DNA of 63,453 nt, counting the filler, from Choristocarpus tenellus KU-1152 (Eukaryota > Protista > Phaeophyceae), in NCBI GenBank assembly GCA_964200185.2. It is 12 parts of 12 records of this genome, joined end to end, with 100 filler letters (N's around TTAATTAATTAA, not from the genome) between each part and the next. Parts side by side here need not be neighbours in the genome. Positions count along the whole stretch, not along the records: positions 48,748 to 52,902 come from CAXNAD020015938.1; positions 53,003 to 56,922 come from CAXNAD020017142.1; positions 57,023 to 60,159 come from CAXNAD020022059.1; positions 60,260 to 63,453 come from CAXNAD020021641.1; 8 more parts are not named here. One strand, given 5' to 3'. The first letter of the stretch is position 1, and the number at the start of each line of letters is the position of its first letter. Made by a program: the position numbers and the translations under genes. Positions 50,651-60,754 of the stretch are shown piece by piece. Below the pieces are notes generated by a model. The model was not told where the DNA came from. It did no database searches and worked only from the letters and a program-made list of their open reading frames with translations.

Positions 50651-51679
50651 TTAACGGTAACCTGTGTGTGAAAAATATCCCTAATCTTCGTGTGAAGAAA
50701 TGAAAAACGTATGCAGTGGTGAAGGTTCCCCAACGACTGTGAGGGTTCTTGAACACAGGAGATTTCCACTTTGCACTTCACTGCTGTAATACAATTAGGT
50801 GGGGGAAACACGGGTGTTGTTGCACGATCTATTGCGGACAGAATATTATAACCTAATATGGATCTGGTGACTATTTGAATTTTTTCGGTCCTCCAACAAA
50901 CAGGTTCTCCCCAGATCGAATGGTTGGTTATTATTGCGTAACAGGGGGAGCCCAATGGATACATCAAAGAGTAATCCGAAAGCTAACGTTAAAGCAACAC
51001 TGGTGTATGACATCACCGTAGTATCAAAAACACCTCCCTGTAGTTTGGGAATGGGTTCGAGAAGATGTTTGGCAAGAGAGAGTTCTGGATTGTGGAACGA
51101 TACTTAGCACCTGAAATTACGGTGTTAGTGGTGTCACGTTTGGTAGTTGTGAGGAAAGGGAAAGCAAAAAGCATCAACGATTACTCTTTTGTGTTGATGG
51201 CTACAACCAATGAAATGGGAAATGTCAAATGGTGGGGAGAAGTAGAAGTCGAAGATCTCGGACGTGTGTTTGTGGTGAAGTCTTGGGTAGGGGTACTGTG
51301 CAATTTACCTTGGGAGGTAATGCTATTTATCAGTAGTGAAGACAAGAAGGAGTGAAGCCTCACACGATCCCCTTTGCTGAACGTGGAAAGAATGGATGGA
51401 ATTAGAAGAGTGACCTTTGTGGGGTGTCTTCTCAATGCTCGTTTTATTATTTTTTGTGCCTCATACATAAGTCCATGATTATATCAAAGTAGTTGAACAC
51501 AGAATAAAACCCATATATATATTCCCATTCATTATCCGGATGTACTATCTCATTAGTTACATCTCTCATACACAAAATAAGGTACACCTCACTATTATCC
51601 AATTTTGCACAATCCCCCATGAGAGTGCAGGCGATGAAGGGTTGCTGGAACTCTCAAACTTAAAACGTCTTATTCTGCG

Positions 51680-52650
51680 CACTCCCCCATCAGAGTGGAA
51701 GTAAAAACAAAATGGTTCAACTCTCACACGCATCACATCTATCCCGTCAATGCAGTAAAAGAACACAGATTGCTTCGACCCTAACACACGACATTCATCT
51801 AGTCTACACAGTTTTTACAAAGTCTTCTATCTGCTTCTTACGTAATCTTTTGGTCAAGATATCTGCAAGTTGTAATGCTGTCGGTTCTATTCCTTCACTA
51901 ACAGTGCTCCCTGCATAGAAACTTTGGTCCAGTGTGATGCCAGCCTCATCTCGATTGATTGCCACCCCACTAACTTGTCTGGGGTCCCGAGGTCCCGTCC
52001 TTCATACTTGGTAAGCAGATTACGCTTCCTCTTTATTTCTTCGCCGAAGTCTCCATTCAAGGAGATGTCATCCATGTAGTGAAAAAGGACAGCGATCCTA
52101 CCATCTTCACTCCTCTTCATATATAGGCAGGCGTCGAAGTCGCTAAACCCTCCACCCCTCAACTAAGATTGCTCCCTATTGCTGATTGCTTAAGGCTATA
52201 GATGGCTCTGGCAGCTTTTACGATGGATCCATTGGGCGGTTGTAGCCATATATCCTCAGGGAGTGGTGTGTTCAGGTAGGCTTGTGTGAATTCTTGGGAG
52301 TTGATGACAAAGATTTTGTTGGCTGCTGTAGCTAGGACTACCCGAATCAAGTAAAATCCCACCACTGGACTGAATGTGCTGAAGTAGTCCACTCCTTCTT
52401 GCTGTGAAAAACCCCGTGCCACCAGCCTGGCCTTGAACCTTTCAATGTCTCCATTGGCCGTCCTTTTGATTTTGAAAATAAATATTGTTTTGACGGGTCT
52501 CCTCCCTAGTGGCAGGCTCTCTCCCTCATGGAAGGTTCCTTTGCTTCGTTGGCCCTCCATTTCTTGCTCCATTGCCTCTTTCCAGTGTTCTGCATCAGTC
52601 CTGCGAGGGCTTCTGCGATGGTTGATGGCTCCTGGTGTCCTATCAAGATG
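51680..52650 (-). mobile_element. Degenerate, internally deleted Ty1/copia LTR retrotransposon (RT plus RNase H tail, polypurine tract)
   Basis: EPSTIAEAL...WKEAMEQEM...IERFKARLVARGFSQQEGVDYFSTFSPVV...QAYLN...AIYSLKQS...DACLY...HYMDD...RDLG, then a jump to QLADILTKRL. GGGGGAG|TG (PPT followed by LTR start) lies at about 51688-51680. Confidence 0.92.
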
Positions 52651-52656
52651 TCACCT

Positions 52657-52836
52657 GACCCAAAGTATCTGGGAGGGGGTGTCGGGTGTCCATTTGGGGC
52701 CAATTTTTTCATGTAGCGATTTTTGTGTGGTTAGGTTGCATACGTCGGATGGATAATGTAAGTGCACTTTTCCTAGTTATGGTCCAAATGGACACCCTGG
52801 TGTTGACCTCCCCCCCCCCCCCAGATACTTTGGGTC
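52657..52836 (+). mobile_element. MITE family B, full-length copy with perfect 17-bp TIRs
   Basis: GACCCAAAGTATCTGGG / CCCAGATACTTTGGGTC. Followed directly by a reversed family A fragment (52837-52902). Confidence 0.93.
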
Positions 52837-52902
52837 AAATGTAATAAAAATACACCATGGGAAGCCAAGCCCCAAATGGACAAACAGGGAAAAAGTCGTA
52901 CC

Positions 52903-53002
52903 NNNNNNNNNNNNNNNNNNNNNNNNNNNNNNNNNNNNNNNNNNNNTTAATTAATTAANNNNNNNNNNNNNNNNNNNNNNNNNNNNNNNNNNNNNNNNNN
53001 NN
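52903..53002. other. Artificial contig linker
   Basis: 44N-TTAATTAATTAA-44N. Confidence 0.99.
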
Positions 53003-53401
53003 CCCCCCCCCCAGATACTTTGACCCATGTGGCCTTGATGTACAAGAGAGAGAGAGAGAGAGAGAGTAAATGGCAACAGTATCGGTGTCATTGTGTGTAT
53101 CCCCTTCTGTTCTACTATTATTGCATTAATTCGATACATAGGGCCAAGCACCTTGTAACAGACATTGCTTAGGCCCTACTGCTCCTTGCTCTCCGCGACT
53201 CTCTCCAGCACATGCCCGTCCCCTTTCCAACTTGGGCATCCAGCATTTACAACAACTACAACACAGTTTGACCACATACCATGTTTTACCAATAGCACCC
53301 TAGAACAGTTGCAGGACATTATTATCAAAAACAGTTTACATAGGAGATGCCACATATCCAAGAACAAGGGAGTACAAGGGTTCTACATAGTGTAGAGCAG
53401 A

Positions 53402-53659
53402 GAGTCGAGTATCTTAGGGTTAGGGTAGAGGCCGCGTCCATTCGGGGGCCAAAATCCAATGTTGCGACTTTGATGTAATTGTGACTATCATACTTGTTAG
53501 AAAGTGTCAATATCCTTGTTTCCAGACGTACACATTTTACCTACTCCAAAACATTTTGGAATGGGAAAATGTCACTAAGAAGAACCTTGGGAAGGCATGC
53601 ATGCCCCAAACGGACAAACAGGGCAAAACTCGTACCCTAACCCTAAGAGACTTTCACTC
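53402..53659 (-). mobile_element. MITE family A copy with telomeric repeats in both TIRs
   Basis: Left end GAGTCGAGTATCTTAGGGTTAGGGTAGAG, right end CGTACCCTAACCCTAAGAGACTTTCACTC. The interior is the reverse complement of family A. Confidence 0.9.
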
Positions 53660-54425
53660 AGCACGCTGGGTAGAGCTGCACAAAACGGAGCTCTCGTTGT
53701 ATCGTTTGGAATACACAAGAGGTTAAGGGAAGATGCGATATGGAGGGGAATCTCATGGCAGCAATGAGCTTGGGCTGGTTAATGGTGGCCCCAACCTGTG
53801 GAATGTTTTTTTTTGTTTACTTCAACTCTTTTTTTTCTAGAGTCATTAGCACGAGCATATATCTGCACATGAGGACAAGAGTCAGTACAGGGTAGTACAC
53901 GCATAAATGGATGGATGGATGGGTGGATGGATGGATGGAAGATGGGAGATCACTAAACTTGGTAGAGTACGGGCATGAGGAGCACCTTGCAGGACTGCTT
54001 CACAACAAGAGTATGTAACAGCAGTAACTAAAACAACCCTTGCATTTTAGTAGTGACAACTAATTCCCTGCCAATCTTGAAATGTACTATTCTATATGGA
54101 ATCGCAACCTGGTGGGAATGGAATGGAGCGTTAGAGAGAGAGGTTCGGTATGCAACTAACTCTGTATTCCCCAAAAAGTGGAGATTAGCTGTTGACAAAA
54201 TAAGGGGGGGGGTGGACACAGCCGTAATCTCTGAAATTCAGTGCACGGTACACCCAAAAATGCTGCCAACATATTCTTACACAGTCAAACTACTGCGCCC
54301 AATAATGAAAACAGATTCATATTTAATAATAATAATAATAATAATAACAGTCTCGATGGGATTTTTTCTAGAAAGAGATGACGAAATGCAATCACGTTTT
54401 TTGTCCTTCAATCCAATCCATACAG

Positions 54426-55433
54426 GCAGCTCAGCGGGTTGACGCCACTATCCATTCTGGTCTTTGGAAAGGAACAACAACAACTGTAAGAAGGATCGAG
54501 GCAGTTACACCATCGGCACTGCTGGAGGTGCAACTTGGTTCCAATAGAATCCGTCACTTCCGACAGGTGAGCGGAAACTTCTTCGGGGCGATTTGTTTTC
54601 TTTTTGAGGAGAGAAAAAGGTTTCTCGACCTTGAGTTTCACTTCCCAGCCGCCTCTCAGTAGAGATTGGGAAAAGCTATTTGTTTTCTTGTCTTAGGACT
54701 TTTTCTACAGCTGTACTATTATTATTGTAAGGGCCAATCAAAGTGTTCCTTCAGATCTCTATTTCCTCTCTAGTACCGATCGACGAATAGAAACGATTTT
54801 TGTCTTTGATTTTAACCTTTCCCCAACACGTGGTGGGTATTCTAAACATTGCATAGTAGGGTTTTGGCTTGGTTCACACATGTATCTAGAATCCGTTGTT
54901 CCATCCATTCAGGGTTAAAAAATGCACAAGTGTGCTGCTGCCCTGTCCCACTTCCAATGTTTTTTTTTATTTACTAGGCAGGATTTCGTCATTTTCATGG
55001 TTGGCTCTGACGAGTGTGTAGTTATTTATATACTTGGAAGTGAAAATGAAAATGTTCCCATACTGACCACAACTTGCTTACCTTACACCTCTTTAGATTA
55101 CACCGACAGGTATGGGGGAGTTGAGGATGGTAAGATATCCAACAAAAAAACTTCCAGCACAATCAATCACCATCACTTTGTTGTGAAGCCATATGGGTTA
55201 GATAGAGTGTGCTGTTCAGAGTGAGGATAGATAGATAGATAGGCATGTGTTTGTAAATTGAAAAAACACAGTCTGCAGAACAGACCTTAACCACTCCTCT
55301 CTCTCTCTCTCTCTCTCTCTTTGTGCAGATTACCTCTAAAACAGTGGATATCTTGGAGCTTGTTGATGTTGTCAAACCTGTGGGGCCAACACCAGGATTT
55401 TGTTCATATCTGGGTCCCAAAGTTGTAGTGTAG
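54426..55433 (+). CDS. Last two exons of an unidentified protein
   Basis: 54426-54566 (tacag|...CAG|GTGAGC; AAQRVDATIHSGLWKG...LEVQLGSNRIRHFRQ) and 55329-55433 ((CT)n-ttgtgcag|ITSKTVDILELVDVVKPVGPTPGFCSYLGPKVVV*), joined in phase 0. No family recognised. Confidence 0.55.
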
Positions 55434-55646
55434 AAAAAAAGTGTATGTAGTTAGTTCATGAGAAATAAATACACCCTGCTACTGTCATCAAACAAACATA
55501 TGAGGACATTTGATTATTAAAATCCTAAGGCGATCTTTCCTTCTCCTTGCCTCTTGAGTAATGATCCAGCAAGCCAGTATTTCTTCGATTACTACACTAC
55601 ACACACTACCACCAACCAACTTCACACGAAGTACGAAGGTGGTGTG

Positions 55647-56811
55647 TCACCTAGCCCCATTCTGAATTTCGGTCTTGAGCCCCTCAAGGAGCTGAGGGAC
55701 CAACAAAGCTTTGTCAGAGCTTATCAAAATAGCTCCATCCCCACGACTCTTCTTCACAGATACAACAATGAAAACACGCTCTGACATTGAGCCACTAAGG
55801 CTACATCCAGAAAAACCCCACTCTCCAGATTCCTCTCCCCCTGTATCGCCTGAAACCATCACTACATTGGCAGATTGAAGGACACGGGTGGGTAGCAAGG
55901 AACACTCTGACGGTGACACCTGAACACAAAAGTCAATTTGCAGGAAGGAGTATGTATGTACACACAGTTATTTATTGTCTGAGATATATATATATATATA
56001 CATAAATAACGTCTGCACAAAAGAAAAGGTTTTTTTGCCAAAATGAGACACAAACGATTCCGGACTGAAGAAAAAAATATTCTACAATATTTCCACTGAG
56101 TGATCAGTAAATAAAAAAAGAGCAGTTCAGTCCCGGTTGACCATTGCACAGTATGGTAGTAGTGATCTACTAGTATAAAAAATACAATAAACCTTTGATT
56201 TTAATAATAATATTTATTACGTAATGTCCGTGTGGTACGTAAAGGTTACATAGCACCATAATGGGGGCTAGCTAGAGAGGGGACTATTGTTTTGTTTTAA
56301 AAGTATTGCACGAGACTGTGGTAGCATAACTAATTAATCTGCCTGTGTGAAGAGCTTACGGCATGGACCAGCAACAACACCAGGAATGTTGATAAAACCC
56401 GTCCAGCATGACATCTAACACATATGTGCAAGTAGCTGCTGGTTAGGGTAAGGATTTAAGCCACAACACCAACAATGTGAGGGAGAGCGACCGCTTGTCC
56501 AAGTTAAACAAACCTAAACACTACAATGCCCACAAATAAGGATTGAAGGACCCTTCTCAGGGTATATTTCCAATCCAAGCCCATTGATTCGTCTGTAAAG
56601 TAAATTTTCATTGATGTTGAACAAGTAAATGAGACTCAATCTTATATCACAATACCTGTATTTCTGCCCTGCCTGCACATCCTTCTCCAAGCGATTTCCT
56701 TCCTTCCTCAAACTCTCCCTGTGTCATGAAGTTTGGATAGAGGAGCTCCCCCACAGGTGGCTTCAAAGAGACCATAAAGCTGCCTTTGTCAGTCTTCAGC
56801 TCAAACCGCAC
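55647..56811 (-). CDS. AP3B: AP-3 adaptor complex beta subunit, last two exons (C-terminal ear domain)
   Basis: Exons 56811-56656 and 55919-55647 read VRFELKTDKGSFMVSLKPPVGELLYPNFMTQGEFEE...VLQSANV...ILISSDKALLVPQLLEGLKTEI. This parallels the AP3B C-terminus (IQPPVGELLLP..MSE.DF; VVNVANV; IINTEK...LLRELK). Confidence 0.85.
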
Positions 56812-56922
56812 CTGGCAAAGGGACCACAAATCAAAAAGGACAGCTGTTTATTAAGGGGGGGGGGGGGGCCCCCAAAACAGGACCACCCCACCCCCAAAAA
56901 CAAAAAACCAAAAAAAAACCAC

Positions 56923-57022
56923 NNNNNNNNNNNNNNNNNNNNNNNNNNNNNNNNNNNNNNNNNNNNTTAATTAATTAANNNNNNNNNNNNNNNNNNNNNN
57001 NNNNNNNNNNNNNNNNNNNNNN
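56923..57022. other. Artificial contig linker
   Basis: 44N-TTAATTAATTAA-44N; followed by a family A right end (57023-57062). Confidence 0.99.
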
Positions 57023-57472
57023 CCAAATGGACGAAGCCCTACCCTCTAAGATACTTTGGCTCTTAATATCTATGGGCCACAGGTGATGCCAAAGTGGAAA
57101 TGTCTCTCCTAGGCTCAATCCTGTGTTGTTGAATTTCCAAGGTTGGTCCTGTGTGTGTGATTCTTAAGTCGTTGTGAAATTGTGTATGTGCAGCTTGTGC
57201 GATGCATGTCACATAACTGTGAATAAGCTGTATATTACAGGTACGTGATCAAGAGTATTGCACCATTACATGTTAGCCTGCACAACTCGAACGTGAAAGC
57301 AGAGTTTGGTCCACAGAATGGCACACACCAGTTGAAAACTCCGAGTACTAGGTAGGGTAGGATACCACTGATTGGTGAGGATGTGTCGGTTAGAGGGTAT
57401 GTACTAAAATGAACTGGCATAGAGACTTGAATGAAGAACATACCTCCACTAATTTTATTGCCTGAATATTCT

Positions 57473-57716
57473 AGTATCTTAGAGGGTACGATTTTTGCCC
57501 TGTTTGTCTGGGGGCTTGGCTTTCCTCGGGTTTTTATTACATTTACCTACTCCAATATGTTTCGGAGTAGGTAAAATGTATACGCGATGAAAAGGTGTGT
57601 CCGAACAAGGATATTGACACTTCCTACAAACACAATAGCCAAATTACATCAAAATCGTAACATTGGGTTTTGGCCCCCAAAAGGACGCGGCTCTACCCTC
57701 TAAGATACTTTGACTC
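57473..57716 (+). mobile_element. MITE family A copy
   Basis: AGTATCTTAGAGGGTACG ... CTCTACCCTCTAAGATACTTTGACTC; internal hairpin CATTTACCTACTCC..GGAGTAGGTAAAATG. Confidence 0.92.
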
Positions 57717-58490
57717 TCTTGGTAATCTTTGATTACACATTTAATCTGTCGGAACCTTGACGGGACATGCGACATCCTCTGCGGATGATGTCATTTTATC
57801 AATCATGAATCACCTAGTGAGTGGATATTCGGCAAGTGTGGGCTACACATACAACTGTACTCCTGGTGCTTTCCTGAACGTAAAACTGAGGGTAGAACTT
57901 TAAATATATGTCGCGTTTCAGTATTTGTAGTATGAGAGTAGTTCAAAGTTGAAGTTGGGAGGAACATAAAGTAAATGGAAAATAAACCTGTGACAGGAAT
58001 ATTCAGTTTTCTACAGATCACCCCTGTAGTGGCTGGTCAGTTTCGTAGTCTTGGCTGATGTATATGACAAATATATGGAGCACACTTCAACTCTTGTCCC
58101 GTATCTGAAAGTACTTTCACATCAAAATTATATCAATTCATCAAAGATATTGTGCTTGATGCACATGTACCTGTTCTGTATGCCTTACTCGCGACAAGCT
58201 CCAGAAAACATGAACACCTTGAGGTTGAGTGGGTTTTAGCATTAGATGGGACAATGGTGTCCAGACTTGACAACAATGCTATCATACTGATCATAGCGAT
58301 TCTTATTTTTTCTAAAGGCAACCTATATATTTCACACCGAACCAACTGGGTGTATATCTTCTATGACCTTTCCCTCCCGGCCATCTCCATCCTTTGGCAC
58401 CTTTCAGTGTACCATAAATATCCTTCTATAAGACAAACACACACACACACTATGCACACACTTGCATATTATACTCCTTCTCTCATATAG

Positions 58491-59716
58491 TCCGGGACCT
58501 ATCCTCATTACCCATGGCATTCCTTCATTCTCTTCTCCAATCACAGATGTGCGCATGTTCTTTGGTGCCAAGAGGTCAGGGAGGAGGGCCTTGGCAAAAA
58601 TTCCATCAAAAGATAGCAAGATCTATCAGCTCTGCAAGAGCAAGGCGGGCTTTGTCCCCTACTATCTAAGGCTAGTGATGATTCCTGGAAATGTTTGCTG
58701 TTTGAAGTCTGATATTTTCCTAAATGATAGTGGCAGCGTCGATGTTGATGTATTCATACAATGTATCATGTGCATTGTTAGTTCTCCTGCTGATATTTAT
58801 GGTATTTTTTGGTGTGTAGATGGGATGAGATGGCCGCTATTTATTTGTACCTTTGCAGATGAAAGCTCAGTGATAACAAACGGTTCACAAATTGTCGTGT
58901 AACACAATACTATATAAAAAAAATATAACGTACTCTCCAACAAGTTTTTATTATCAACAATATTTTAGGTGCACAACGTGATTAAGGTGTCGTTAGGTTA
59001 GGTGTGCGATCACAGGGTATGAGTGGTACTTTCTGCTAGAGTCTTACGTGTAAATACTTCCTCCAGCTCATTTCCTCCTCATTTGAAGGACTAACGATGA
59101 TATTTACTAATCATGTCTGACGCATAGGCACATGCTACACTCCAATGCAAAGCACGCCTTGGCATACGCCTTCTTGATGCGCCTGTGCGAGGGCTCTGAG
59201 GAGGTGCCCACACGTGTCAAGGCCATGATGTGCTACATTTGCGCCACAAACGCAGGAAACAACATCCTTAGGGCCCACTTCGCCTTCATGGCCTGCAGGG
59301 GGGGAGTGCCCATTACTCGTTTAATTGAAATTACTCGTAGAGCAAGAAACACAGTCATAGACAAATCAAGTAGTGATAATCAGGAGAGTATTGCAATGGC
59401 ATTGGCTCATGCGACGAGCTATGACTCCAAGTCTGTACTTGCACCCGAGCTTGTGTACATCATTTCTGGGCGGTACTCACCCGCAGGTGTGATAGAGCTG
59501 CTTACTACAGTTTCCCTAGAGTGTGCTCTCCATCGATGGACATCAGTGTATGTACCAATGTCATACGAGCCTGAAGTGGAAGGTTTCTTGGCCTCGGGCA
59601 TGAACAGTTTCATGCTTAACCTACCTCTGAAGGGGCCTGCATTGAAAAGTCAGGAGGGTTGGGATGAGCTTGCTCGTAAGACAAGGTTATCGGGATTGTT
59701 GCTTGAATTTTTGTGA
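58491..59716 (+). CDS. Last two exons of a helical AhpD/carboxymuconolactone-decarboxylase-like fold protein
   Basis: Exons 58491-58670 (needs a GC donor, AG|GCTAGT) and 59128-59716. They read KAGFVPYYLR...VPTRVKAMMCYICATNAGNNILRAHF...ESIAMALAHATS...YSPAGVIELLTTVSLECALHRW. The GFVP, AH, E..A.ALA and S...IE....V......R spacing fits AhpD-like proteins. The coding status is firmer than the fold call. Confidence 0.6.
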
Positions 59717-60159
59717 GATAGTGGATAGTGCAACGGCTTGTAGTGAGGTCTTGTGAGGGAGGCACATGGTGTCCCACACTATTGTAGTGACTGGCAATGT
59801 GATATGTTTGGTACTACATTGAGGGAGAGGTAGATTAAAATGTATTGATGACCGTCAGAGTTGTTGCTAATGCTCTACCAATACTCCCCTCTGTGGGATA
59901 AAGCTTGCCAACCAATAGTGATTCTACTACAGTACTACTTAATACTCCGAAGTACAACGAAAGGAAGAAGAAAACGCATTCGATGTCTGTCAAATTTGCG
60001 TGCTAGGTAGCAGTCTTAGACAGTAAGTATACCTCAGGGTGGTAGATAGACAGGAGTATATCAAACGCCAGGCCAAAACTGCAAGAAACGTACACTTTCA
60101 GACGAGGAGCTCATCCTTCTGAGGTGAGAGAGACTCAAAGTATCTGGGGGGGGGGGGGG

Positions 60160-60259
60160 NNNNNNNNNNNNNNNNNNNNNNNNNNNNNNNNNNNNNNNNN
60201 NNNTTAATTAATTAANNNNNNNNNNNNNNNNNNNNNNNNNNNNNNNNNNNNNNNNNNNN
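60160..60259. other. Artificial contig linker
   Basis: 44N-TTAATTAATTAA-44N; preceded by the family B TIR GACTCAAAGTATCTGGGG. Confidence 0.99.
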
Positions 60260-60754
60260 CAGCCTCAGACCGTATTTGATTGTTTGCACTATTGGGGGGT
60301 GGCCCAGTGGTGTAAGGGGTGGGGTGGTGGGGGGGGGGGCGAGCCAGAGGTGATCGGGTGTGCTTTATTCATGGTAAGTACAGTAGAAAAGGAGCATCAG
60401 TTAACAGTTACACAAACGAAAGTAGTACATCGCACAACAGATGAAAATCCAAATTGGGGAAAAAAATGAAAAACACTGAGCCACACCAATCAGCTCAGCT
60501 GCAGAAAGACCAAAACATCCACTAATGATCCCCACAGCTCTCATGTGTACATATGTATCTGCAACTAGGTGTTACCATGCAGCCAGCACAAGGGGTTGGA
60601 GGGATGGTATGAACCTCACACTACATTGTCCACTCAAACGATTGTCCTTCCAATTAATCATACACCTCGCTATGGCTACTGCTACACCATGCAGGTGATA
60701 GTTTCAGCTCCCCTACTGTCCTGGTGCAACCCACCACCCAGCCAGGTTACTGAC

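Noticed and set aside
49635-51468. Several 70-140 aa ORFs as LINE or host genes
   Set aside because: No conserved RT, endonuclease or other motif that I can recognise.
32317-59716. VOC enzyme, 2OG dioxygenase and AhpD-like protein as a metabolic gene cluster
   Set aside because: They lie on different contigs joined artificially.
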